Assembly: GCA_050173015.1 (NCBI GenBank)
Contig: JBFXLE010000004.1
Coordinates: 96,001 to 160,000, forward strand
Direction: 5' to 3'
DNA length: 64,000 nucleotides
From: Calditrichaceae bacterium
GTDB taxonomy: Bacteria > Calditrichota > Calditrichia > Calditrichales > JBFXGD01
This document shows, piece after piece, positions 1 through 8,677 of this stretch; the stretch's first letter is position 1, and every line of letters starts with the position of its first letter. The notes under the pieces are model-generated. The model was not told the origin of the DNA and made no database searches. It saw nothing but the letters and a program-made list of their open reading frames with translations. A program made the position numbers and the translations under genes.

Positions 1-2028
1 TACATGTGCCAGGTCTTCAGTAATCCGGAATCCACCCTCGGATTGCTGAGAAGCGAGCAGTGACATCAACACATCAGTTGTGCCGATTTTATTATAGGAA
101 GGGGAAGAACTGAAAAGTTTATTCAATGTGTGAATTTCAGGAATTTGACACATATCAACGCTGCGAGTGGCTGGTAGATCGTTGATATTCATATTTTCAA
201 TAAATCTATCTTTAATTATTTTCATTCGCGCGGTTTTTACATGATCGTGCCAACCGGTGGTAACCATGGTTGGGACCAGCGTGAGTTCGACTTCGCCAAA
301 AGTTTTTTCGCTTTTCTTCCGTCTCTCTATTCCCAGAAAACTGGTATGTTTCGATAGGATACCGTATTCCTTTGAAAGTTCGATAATCATGTTGGTTGTT
401 TTGTCCTGCTTCCGTTCTTCCTGTCTGGATCCGGATCTTTGAGCCGATTCCTCCAGATCACGAATTCTTTCCCTCGCCCATAGCTGCGGCAGCGGCATGT
501 TTTCATGTGAAGTTTCGATCACCTCAAAATGCCATTCTTTCCTTTCCGCTCCGGCGCGGCCGTGTACAACTATTCGGGAAGGCAGGGAGGTCATTAATGC
601 TCCGCGGGCGAAAATTGTGGATACTTTATCGCCAAATAAAGTGGGATGAGCCGGCGCCTGTTCAATATCCTCGCCGTCCCAGGAAATACTTTCTATTTCC
701 AGTTCAGGAGCTATGATCCGGTCAAAGATTCTAAGCACTTTGGGTTCGATCCGTTCTCCGGGATAAACAAATTCCGCTGCTCCGTTGCCCGCGCGCGCCA
801 CGCCTTTGATCAGGTGTTCATTGGGTCCGCTACCGATGCCGATCGAGAAAACTCTCGTATGTGAGCGGTTGGAAGCCGCGAGATCGATGATTTCCTGTTC
901 ATTTCCGACTTCACCGTCGGTTAATAATAATATCGTTCGTCCGTTCTCCGCGGATTCTGAATAGATTTCCTTCAATGGTTCATAGATTTCAGTACCACCC
1001 AGGATGGCCTGGGTTCTTTCCAATTTGTTGAGAGCCAAAGTCAGTTTGTCTTCCGAGTAGTCTTGTGATTTGATGAAAAATGAATTAAACGATGACCCAA
1101 AACGATACACATTAAATTTGCATGCCTTTGGTAATGCCTTAAGGCAGATCTCCAATGCCTTTTTTGCTTCAAGAATCGAATCTCCCGACATAGACCCGGA
1201 ACAGTCCAGCAGAAAAATCACTTCCTTTGATCCGGTTTTAGGGGTGAAATAAATTTGCGGAATCGAAAAATCCAGTTGCCAGTAAGAATAATCACCGTCA
1301 TTGCAGCAATAGGCCGCGCCGGATTCACTCTCCCCTGGATCGATTACAAGGATAAAATCACGATCCATGTTCACTGAATCGCTGACAAATTCAACAGCTA
1401 CAAGTTTCTTCCGCAGTTTAATTCTGATAGGATGTGTGATGGATTCCACGGAGGCCAGACCGCCGTCATGATAAATGTTAAGTTGCAAGGATAAACCGTA
1501 GGGGACTTCCGGCGCGTAGGGTGGATTTACAATGTCATGAATTGGAATCCCCTGATCGTCAGGCATGTCGCCCGGGATATAACGAGGGGAAATAGTTGTG
1601 GGCAGCGTGAAACGATAGTTGTGACCTTCGCTGTCAAGCAGCATTACCAGCTCGATTTCAACAATTACCTCCATACCGGGATTCAAATTGCCGACAGACA
1701 GCGTAAAAATATTCGGCCTCTCCTCATCCAAAAGATAGCCGCCGTCGCCAGCCATTAATGCATCGTCGTAATTATCGAAAGCCTTGTCACGCTCTTCTAT
1801 CTTTCCGTCAATCCGCCTTTCCCCAACCCAGACCTGAAAACCGGTAATAGCGCTGCTTTCCGGTAACGGGAATTTATAAACAGCTTCAATGGCATTTTTT
1901 TCTTTATTACGGAATTTTTGCCGGATGATAATCTTTGCCCCGCGACCAAGCAATTCACCATTCACAGTAACACCTGTCAAAGGAACGGAATGGTTGTTTG
2001 TTGAGAAAAGACCCCAAAAAGCACTCAT
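1..2028 (-). CDS. VIT + von Willebrand factor A domain protein (partial, runs off window start)
   Basis: Absent from ORF track because it has no stop in the window. Manual translation from ATG 2028: MSAFWGLFST..IEAVYKFPLPESSAITGF..DEERPNIFTLSVGNL (VIT), EVIFLLDCSGSM (MIDAS), LLASQQSEGGF at the edge. ATGA overlap with upstream MerR stop. Confidence 0.88.
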   Translation of the reverse strand, partial: MSAFWGLFSTNNHSVPLTGVTVNGELLGRGAKIIIRQKFRNKEKNAIEAVYKFPLPESSAITGFQVWVGERRIDGKIEERDKAFDNYDDALMAGDGGYLLDEERPNIFTLSVGNLNPGMEVIVEIELVMLLDSEGHNYRFTLPTTISPRYIPGDMPDDQGIPIHDIVNPPYAPEVPYGLSLQLNIYHDGGLASVESITHPIRIKLRKKLVAVEFVSDSVNMDRDFILVIDPGESESGAAYCCNDGDYSYWQLDFSIPQIYFTPKTGSKEVIFLLDCSGSMSGDSILEAKKALEICLKALPKACKFNVYRFGSSFNSFFIKSQDYSEDKLTLALNKLERTQAILGGTEIYEPLKEIYSESAENGRTILLLTDGEVGNEQEIIDLAASNRSHTRVFSIGIGSGPNEHLIKGVARAGNGAAEFVYPGERIEPKVLRIFDRIIAPELEIESISWDGEDIEQAPAHPTLFGDKVSTIFARGALMTSLPSRIVVHGRAGAERKEWHFEVIETSHENMPLPQLWARERIRDLEESAQRSGSRQEERKQDKTTNMIIELSKEYGILSKHTSFLGIERRKKSEKTFGEVELTLVPTMVTTGWHDHVKTARMKIIKDRFIENMNINDLPATRSVDMCQIPEIHTLNKLFSSSPSYNKIGTTDVLMSLLASQQSEGGFRITEDLAHV

Positions 2029-2408
2029 TTTTTATCTCCTTTTAAAATCGATTTAGCTATACGAATAAGCTCGGTAATCCGCCGCCCTTTGTCCTGTTCT
2101 ACATCGCGTCGGATATGAATCTCGATTCCCGGGATAATGGGATATCTGACCCATATATCCCTGACAGACTCCGGTGTGTTTTCCAAATCGGTTTTTGTCA
2201 GTTCCTGAATAGCGGCTAATTTGATTCCCTGTTCCTGATTTGCCCGGATTTCTTGTAATTTATGCAGGTGACTGTCATAATAAAATCCACCGCGCCCTCT
2301 TCCGGCCGGCGGCTCAATAAGTCCTTGTTGTATATAGTATCTTATGGTACGTCGTGTGTATCCGGTTAGCTCAGATAACTGCTCAATGGTATATTTTTTG
2401 CTATTCAT
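2025..2408 (-). CDS. MerR-family HTH transcriptional regulator
   Basis: YTIEQLSELTGYTRRTIRYYIQQGLIEPP..GRGGFYY. Start moved to MNSKK (2408) because a -10 box sits just upstream. Confidence 0.85.
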   Translation of the reverse strand: MNSKKYTIEQLSELTGYTRRTIRYYIQQGLIEPPAGRGRGGFYYDSHLHKLQEIRANQEQGIKLAAIQELTKTDLENTPESVRDIWVRYPIIPGIEIHIRRDVEQDKGRRITELIRIAKSILKGDKK

Positions 2409-2414
2409 GGATTC

Positions 2415-2443
2415 ATAATAACAGTAAACTGTCATAAAAGCAA
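2415..2443 (-). promoter_or_regulatory. sigma70-like promoter TTGCTT-N17-TATTAT with dyad ATGACAGT-TT-ACTGTTAT in the spacer
   Basis: Read directly; the -10 box ends 6 nt before ATG 2408 (leaderless-like). Confidence 0.55.
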
Positions 2444-2679
2444 TAAGAAAATAAAATATTTTAATTCTGTTGGATCTATGCTTTTTGTTGGAGATTTTTG
2501 ATCATACTTTTGTTATGATCATTAAATATGATGATGTGTTCTTAAGAAGAATCATGGACCGGGAAGGGAAGCGGCTGATGGGGTGATTCCCGGTTCCTAA
2601 GTTTTCATAGTTGCAAATTCCATGATGCATCATTAATATGGTTGACAGTAGAATGTCATGAAAAGAGAAATTTAATCGC

Positions 2680-3024
2680 ATGAAGTCTGATATACCTGAT
2701 ATCAAAGTAAAAAAAGAGAAACGGGATAAAACAGTCCCAAAACTCATTCCGTTGTATCATGTGATTCTGCTTGATGATAACGATCATAGTTATGATTATG
2801 TCATCGAGATGCTGATGCAGATTTTTGGACACAGCCGTGAAAAATCTTTTCAGATGGCCAGGGAGGTTGATACAAAAAGTCGCGTGATTGTGGATACTAC
2901 CCATATGGAAAGGGCGGAGATGAAGCAGGATCAGATCCATGCATACGGAGCCGACTGGAGAATTCCGCATTGCAAAGGTTCCATGTCAGCCGTCATTGAA
3001 CCGGCGGAAAATCAGAACTCATGA
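2680..3024 (+). CDS. clpS: ATP-dependent Clp protease adaptor ClpS
   Basis: YHVILLDDNDHSYDYVIEMLMQIF..AREVD..SRVIV..ERAE ClpS core. Confidence 0.88.
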   Translation: MKSDIPDIKVKKEKRDKTVPKLIPLYHVILLDDNDHSYDYVIEMLMQIFGHSREKSFQMAREVDTKSRVIVDTTHMERAEMKQDQIHAYGADWRIPHCKGSMSAVIEPAENQNS

Positions 3025-3071
3025 TTCAAAGGCCTGAGAAATCGTGTAATGATGTTCACAGGGAATAGTCT

Positions 3072-3329
3072 ATGCCGAAAAAACCGGTAATATTTGAAAT
3101 AATTGATGTTGAGTGCTATCACGGTTATAAATCCAACGAACGGCCCTTGTCTTTCACCTATCGCGAACAGCGATGGAAGGTGGATGAAATCCTGGATCGT
3201 TGGTATGAAAGCGGTGTTGTGGCCGGACATCCGAATCTGGATTATTTTAAGGTGCGGACGGATGAAGGAGGGGTCTTTCTGCTACGCCATAACATCAGAT
3301 ATAAAACCTGGGCCATTCGTCAAATTTAA
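3072..3329 (+). CDS. small hypothetical protein, DUF6504-like
   Basis: ERPLSF..W.VDEILDRW..YFKVRT..FLL..W pattern. Confidence 0.6.
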   Translation: MPKKPVIFEIIDVECYHGYKSNERPLSFTYREQRWKVDEILDRWYESGVVAGHPNLDYFKVRTDEGGVFLLRHNIRYKTWAIRQI

Positions 3330-3436
3330 ATACGATTCCCACCGCGTAACCAAATAAATTCTAAATTTTCTATTGAAATTGAATTGTTGGTTTTTTATAC
3401 TGGTGTACATAAGTACAAGATTAAAATAAATTGATA

Positions 3437-4459
3437 ATGAACAATGCCGATCATTCCCTGCGCCTGATATTTTTTGCGGATACGCATCTCGGATTTGACT
3501 ATCCCATGCGCCCGCGAATTAATATCCGGAGACGCGGGCCCGATTTCTTCAAAAATTTTTATCAGGTCCTTGATTACGCGCGCGCTCACAAACCTGATCT
3601 GGTTATTCATGGTGGTGATATGTTTTTCAGAAGCCGGGTACCAGAGAAGATTGTTGACATGGCGTATCAGTCTTTGGCCGATTTAGCCGATTTCGGCATC
3701 CCCGTATTTATTGTTCCCGGAAATCACGAGCGATCGAGATTACCGGTATCGATATTTTTGTCGCATCCCGGGATAAAAATATTTTCAGTTCCGAAAACAT
3801 ACACGTTTGAGACCGTTCATGGTAAAGTGTCCATCTCAGGATTTCCGTCTGTTCGCGATAATATCCGTGATCACTTCAATACCGTTATCCGTCAAACCGG
3901 TTACGCTGAACACGAAAGCAAAATCAGATTGTTATGCATGCATCAGACCGTCGAGGGCGCCGTGGTAGGACCAAATTCATACACATTCCGTTCAGGGAAA
4001 GATGTAGTAAATATAGATGATATTCCTTCAAACCTTACCGCGGTACTATCCGGTCATATACACCGGAGTCAAATTTTGCGGACAGCAGATCATATACCTG
4101 TGATTTATCCGGGATCAACGGAACGAACCTCGTTTGCCGAACGCTCTGAAACAAAAGGATTCTATGATATCAGGATATGCGCCAATGACAGGAATGATCA
4201 ATTGGTCAAAACGGATTTTGTAAAACTGAATGCCAGACCGATGACGGATATTATGATTAATAATTCCATCACCGAAAATGAACTGGAGGGATATCTGGCT
4301 GAAAAATTTTCATCACTTCACCCTGAATCAATTGTGAGAATCAGGACATGCAACGCGATAGACCGAAAAATTAAATCAAAATTGACATCAGGCTTTTTGA
4401 GAAATATCGCTCCGGCCCGCATCAATATTCAGTTTGGTTCTGTCTTTGAACGCTTATAA
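3437..4459 (+). CDS. SbcD/Mre11-family metallophosphoesterase (DNA repair exonuclease)
   Basis: DTHLG, GGDMF, PGNHE, SGHIH and YPGSTERTSFAE motifs. Confidence 0.85.
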   Translation: MNNADHSLRLIFFADTHLGFDYPMRPRINIRRRGPDFFKNFYQVLDYARAHKPDLVIHGGDMFFRSRVPEKIVDMAYQSLADLADFGIPVFIVPGNHERSRLPVSIFLSHPGIKIFSVPKTYTFETVHGKVSISGFPSVRDNIRDHFNTVIRQTGYAEHESKIRLLCMHQTVEGAVVGPNSYTFRSGKDVVNIDDIPSNLTAVLSGHIHRSQILRTADHIPVIYPGSTERTSFAERSETKGFYDIRICANDRNDQLVKTDFVKLNARPMTDIMINNSITENELEGYLAEKFSSLHPESIVRIRTCNAIDRKIKSKLTSGFLRNIAPARINIQFGSVFERL

Positions 4460-4609
4460 AAAAGGAAAGTCATCTTGATTGGATTTTAGGTGTAATATTG
4501 ATCCCTTAAATGATCGAAAATTCTTCCAAAATCGACTATTTTATATTAAAACTCGTCCGATTAGTCGAATTTGATTAAACTCAGTTCAATAAAAACAATA
4601 ACTTACGAG

Positions 4610-4626
4610 TTGGTACGACATTTGAA
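4610..4626 (+). promoter_or_regulatory. sigma54-like -24/-12 element TTGGTACGACATTTGAA
   Basis: Resembles TGGCACG-N4-TTGC with a variant -12; IHF-like AACAATAACTTA just upstream; near-twin at 5361. Confidence 0.45.
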
Positions 4627-4670
4627 ATAGAATATCTTGAAAACAGTCCAACAACCCAAAGGAGTAGGAA

Positions 4671-5123
4671 ATGAAATTATTAACGACATTTTTAGTCATC
4701 TTTTTTGCAGCCCTTTCATTATACGGTCAGGAAGTGCAGGTAAAGGAGAAAGTTAAGACGGAAGCCAAAGAAAAAGTACAGATCAAAGAGCAGGCAAAAA
4801 CCGCCGAAAAAGAGCAAGTCCAGGTTAAGAACGAATTGAAAGAACAAGAACAGACTAAAAGCAAAGAAATGATTCAGACCAAAACCAAAAAAGAAGAGCA
4901 GGTAAAAGAAAAAGTTCAGGAAAAAGCGGAAGAAAAGGCGCAGATCAAAACAAAAGAGCAAACAAAAGAACAAACCGGATTTATTGATGAAGACGGCGAC
5001 GGCATCAATGATAAGTCAAAAAAGGATGAAGGAAGTCAGTTTAAGGAAACCAACCGAAATCATTCCGGTGAAGGAACCACAAGCGAAGACGCGGCTAAAC
5101 AGATTCAAAAAGGAAAGAAATAA
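4671..5123 (+). CDS. secreted low-complexity K/E/Q-rich protein with DxDxDG motif
   Basis: SD AAGGAG, signal peptide, KEQVQ/KEKVQ repeats, GFIDEDGDGIND. Confidence 0.75.
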   Translation: MKLLTTFLVIFFAALSLYGQEVQVKEKVKTEAKEKVQIKEQAKTAEKEQVQVKNELKEQEQTKSKEMIQTKTKKEEQVKEKVQEKAEEKAQIKTKEQTKEQTGFIDEDGDGINDKSKKDEGSQFKETNRNHSGEGTTSEDAAKQIQKGKK

Positions 5124-5163
5124 TCATCACGGAAGTTCTAAATCAATAAAACTGAATATAATG

Positions 5164-5188
5164 AAGGAGCAGAGATGCTCCTTTTTTT
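5164..5188 (+). terminator. intrinsic terminator
   Basis: AAGGAGCA-GAGA-TGCTCCTT followed by a T run. Confidence 0.75.
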
Positions 5189-5360
5189 GTTTTAAATATC
5201 TTTATTGAGTCTTCCTGTTCACGCGCCTCAATGTGAATCCATTCTCAAAACTGCCAAATTTTTTCCCGTCATTCTCAAATTTAAGAGGAAAATCGGTTCA
5301 TTTAACATCATACTCCCTGATCGTATCATATTTCACAAGGATATGTCATCTAAAATTGTT

Positions 5361-5377
5361 TTGGTACGATTTTTGTA
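5361..5377 (+). promoter_or_regulatory. sigma54-like -24/-12 element TTGGTACGATTTTTGTA upstream of merR-psrABC
   Basis: Same TTGGTACGA-N3-TTG core as at 4610. Confidence 0.45.
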
Positions 5378-5431
5378 AATCTATATTGAAAAATGTAGAT
5401 ATTTCTACAATTTAAACTATAGGTTGTGAGG

Positions 5432-5887
5432 ATGGAAGAGAAAAAAGGCCAAAAAAATGTACTGTATCCCATAGGGATGGTCGCCAAAATTTTTGATATT
5501 TCTGTGGCGACGCTCCGGCTGTATGAAGCGGAGGGATTAATCATTCCACGCAAAAGTAAGGGAGGACATCGTCTGTTTACAGAGGTCGATCTTGACCGTA
5601 TCCACTGTATCAGGGATATGATTGATGAAAAAGGCCTGAATCTGGCGGGAATCCGCATGATGTTGTCGGCAATTCCCTGTTGGGAGTTAAAACCATGCTC
5701 CCTTGAAGAGCGCCAGAGTTGCGACGCTTATTATGAATCCAATTCTCCCTGCTGGATGGTCGAAAATAAAGCTGAAATTTGTGCTAATGAGGACTGTAGT
5801 CAATGTCCCGTATATACGCAATCAAACAATTGTACCAATATAAAAATGATTTTAAAGAAATATTGGAGGGCGAAAGGTAATGGCTAA
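5432..5887 (+). CDS. MerR-family regulator with Cys-rich two-CW-type C-terminal domain
   Basis: YPIGMVAK..TLRLYEAEGLI..GGHRLF HTH; PCWELKPC..C..PCW..C..CSQCPVY..C. Confidence 0.85.
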   Translation: MEEKKGQKNVLYPIGMVAKIFDISVATLRLYEAEGLIIPRKSKGGHRLFTEVDLDRIHCIRDMIDEKGLNLAGIRMMLSAIPCWELKPCSLEERQSCDAYYESNSPCWMVENKAEICANEDCSQCPVYTQSNNCTNIKMILKKYWRAKGNG

Positions 5888-8090
5888 GAAATTCGACAGA
5901 CGCGAATTTATCAAAATTATGGGTGTCGGTACCGGAGGGGTAATGGTCGGTTCATCCATGTTGCAAGCGCTGGATTTTGGTTCGCTTAATGCCGTCACGC
6001 AAGGGGCAATGGACAGAACCCCCACCTACTGCGAGATATGTTTCTGGAAATGCGCCGGATGGGTTTATAAAAAAGATGATAAACCATGGAAGATCGAAGG
6101 TAATCCGGATGATCCAAACAGCAACGGGCGGTTTTGTCCCCGTGGGACAGGCGGTATTGGCGCGTATAACGATCCTGATCGTTTAAAAACACCGCTAATC
6201 AGGGTTGAAGAACGTGGAAAACAGGTTTTCCGTGAAGCCTCCTGGGAAGAAGCGTTCGACTATATCGCTGAAAAAATGATTGATATTAAAGAAAATCATG
6301 GTCCGGAATGCGTGGCTTTGTTTACGCATGGTTCCGGCGGTGATTATTTTAAAACACTATTGCGGGGATACGGTTCAAACAACATCGCAGCTCCGTCATA
6401 CGCTCAGTGCCGCGGGCCGCGTGAAGAAGCTTACATGCTTACTTTTGGCGAGGCGGTCGGTTCTCCGGAAAGAACCGATATCGCTAACAGTAAATGCATC
6501 GTTCTGATCGGATCACATCTTGGTGAAAATATGCATAACGGTCAGGTACAGGAGTTCTCTGAAGCGGTGGCAAAAGGCGCGTCTGTTATCACGGTTGACC
6601 CCAGATTTTCGACGGCCGCCAGCAAATCAAAATATTGGCTTCCGATAAAACCCGGAACGGATATGGCCTTACTTCTTGCCTGGATACATGTCATTATAAA
6701 TGAAGAATTGTATGATAAAAAGTATGTGGAAAAATATACCTATGGATTTGAACAATTAAAGGCAGCGGTTAAGGATAAAACCCCGGAGTGGGCATACACG
6801 AAAACAACAATTAAACCGAACGTCATCCGGGAAACGGCCAGGGAAATGGCTAAAAACGCGCCTGCTACATTAGTGCATCCGGGACGCCATGTTACATGGT
6901 ACGGCGATGATACTCAGCGTGTCAGGGCAGGAGCAATCCTCAATGCGCTGCTCGGCTCCTGGGGACGCAGGGGAGGGTTTTATGTTCCAGCGAAAGCTCA
7001 TCTCGCCAAAGCCAAATTACCTCCGTTTCCGGCAACCAACAAGAGCTGGAAAGACGCGTTCCCCGGGAAATTCCCGCTGGCGAGCCTGGCCCTATCTTCG
7101 GGAATCTGTGACGCCACGATCCCTTCTCCCCAGCATGATTGTTCATTCAAGGGGTGGATCGTATACGGAACAAATCTGCCGCTGACACTTCCGGAACCGA
7201 AAAAAACATTGGAAGCGATTCAAAATCTTGAACTACTTGTGGCGATCGATATCATGCCCGCGGAGATCACCGGTTGGGCCGATGTTGTGCTTCCTGAATG
7301 CACATATTTGGAACGTTACGATGACATAAGAATATCTCCGGGACGCGTTCCGACCATTGCTTTACGCGCGCCGGCATTCGAGCCTAAGTATAATACAAAA
7401 CCGGCATACTGGATGGCCAGGGAACTGTCAAAACGATTGGGTCTTCAGCAATATTTTCCGGCTGAAACGATGGAAAAACATATTGATCAGAGACTCAAGA
7501 CAATCGGCAGCAGTCTGAAAGAAATGAAAAAGATTGGCGTTAAGCGGTTTGAAAACGAATATGACCTCTATTTTCTTAATGGAGAAGATTATGAGTTCGG
7601 CACGCCAACCGGTAAGATCGAATTATACTCAACCACACTAAGCGACGCGGGATTTGATCCAATTCCACAATATACCGCCCATGAGGAACCGCCTGCAAAT
7701 TATTACCGCCTTCTTTACGGACGGGCACCAATGCATACTTTTGGAAGGACAGCAAATAATCCTAACCTGAATGATCTGATGGATGAGAATGAAGTCTGGA
7801 TAAATCCTAAAGTCGCCAAAGAATGGGGAATCAAGAACAGGCAATATATTAAATTAGAGAACCAGGATGGTGTCATATCTAATAAAATTCGCGTAAAAGT
7901 GACTGAACGAATTCGTCATGATTCAGTCTATATGGTTCATGGATTCGGTCACACACAGAAACAAATGACCCGTTCTTATCAGAAGGGTGCAAATGACACG
8001 GGACTGATTAGCAGGGTTAAAGTTGATCCGATTATGGGAGGCACGGGAATGCGTGTTAATTTTGTCACCTTTAAGAGGGAGGTAGCGTAA
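5880..8090 (+). CDS. psrA: polysulfide/thiosulfate reductase molybdopterin subunit (PsrA/PhsA family)
   Basis: Tat signal DRREFIK; CEICFWKC..FCPRG 4Fe-4S; YAQCRGP probable Mo-ligand Cys; WADVVLP and molybdopterin dinucleotide C-domain. Confidence 0.85.
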   Translation: MAKKFDRREFIKIMGVGTGGVMVGSSMLQALDFGSLNAVTQGAMDRTPTYCEICFWKCAGWVYKKDDKPWKIEGNPDDPNSNGRFCPRGTGGIGAYNDPDRLKTPLIRVEERGKQVFREASWEEAFDYIAEKMIDIKENHGPECVALFTHGSGGDYFKTLLRGYGSNNIAAPSYAQCRGPREEAYMLTFGEAVGSPERTDIANSKCIVLIGSHLGENMHNGQVQEFSEAVAKGASVITVDPRFSTAASKSKYWLPIKPGTDMALLLAWIHVIINEELYDKKYVEKYTYGFEQLKAAVKDKTPEWAYTKTTIKPNVIRETAREMAKNAPATLVHPGRHVTWYGDDTQRVRAGAILNALLGSWGRRGGFYVPAKAHLAKAKLPPFPATNKSWKDAFPGKFPLASLALSSGICDATIPSPQHDCSFKGWIVYGTNLPLTLPEPKKTLEAIQNLELLVAIDIMPAEITGWADVVLPECTYLERYDDIRISPGRVPTIALRAPAFEPKYNTKPAYWMARELSKRLGLQQYFPAETMEKHIDQRLKTIGSSLKEMKKIGVKRFENEYDLYFLNGEDYEFGTPTGKIELYSTTLSDAGFDPIPQYTAHEEPPANYYRLLYGRAPMHTFGRTANNPNLNDLMDENEVWINPKVAKEWGIKNRQYIKLENQDGVISNKIRVKVTERIRHDSVYMVHGFGHTQKQMTRSYQKGANDTGLISRVKVDPIMGGTGMRVNFVTFKREVA

Positions 8091-8627
8091 ATGTCTCGAT
8101 ATGCAATGGCTATAGATACAAAACGATGTGTGGGTTGCGCCGATTGCGTTGTTGCCTGCCAGACGGAAAATAATGTTCCGATAGGATACTGTAAAGACTG
8201 GATTGTTGAGGAAATGACCGGTGTCTATCCGGAATTACAGCTTGAAATCCGCTCAGAACGATGCAATCACTGTGAAGACGCGCCCTGTGTGCGTTCCTGC
8301 CCGACCAGCGCCAGTCATTATGAAGAAGGTGGCATTGTTCTGGTGACTCATGAGGAATGTATCGGTTGTAAGGCGTGTATTGCTTCCTGCCCTTACGATG
8401 CAAGATTTGTTCATCCTGAAGGCTATGTGGATAAGTGTACATTTTGTATTCACAGAGTTAAAGACGGAAAAGATCCGGCATGTGTCAGCGTCTGTCCGAC
8501 ACACGCGATGATTTTTGGAGATCTGGATGATCCGAATAGTGAGATCTCAAAAACAATCCGTACGAGAAAAAATAAGACACTCATCCCGGAAGCAGGTACA
8601 AAACCTCATGTTTATTATCTGCTGTAA
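8091..8627 (+). CDS. psrB: 4Fe-4S electron-transfer subunit (PsrB/NrfC/DmsB family)
   Basis: CVGCADCVVAC, CNHCEDAPCVRSCP, CIGCKACIASCPY, KCTFC..PACVSVCP. Confidence 0.9.
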   Translation: MSRYAMAIDTKRCVGCADCVVACQTENNVPIGYCKDWIVEEMTGVYPELQLEIRSERCNHCEDAPCVRSCPTSASHYEEGGIVLVTHEECIGCKACIASCPYDARFVHPEGYVDKCTFCIHRVKDGKDPACVSVCPTHAMIFGDLDDPNSEISKTIRTRKNKTLIPEAGTKPHVYYLL

Positions 8628-8677
8628 AATATGAACCGGTTTTTAGGATTTGTAAATAAAATTTCTGGAGAATCAAA

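Noticed and set aside
257-1758. Five short plus-strand ORFs in the ORF track
   Set aside because: Antisense shadows of the VIT-vWA gene; the same applies to most 60-180 aa ORFs nested in longer genes throughout the window.
2556-2597. Inverted repeat GGACCGGGAA/TTCCCGGTTCC as an IS end or MITE
   Set aside because: Single copy, no target duplication or transposase; a similar isolated stem at 38982-39023 is also unsupported.
4719-4973. Phe/Leu-rich 84-aa membrane protein
   Set aside because: Antisense read of the A-rich K/E/Q repeat gene.
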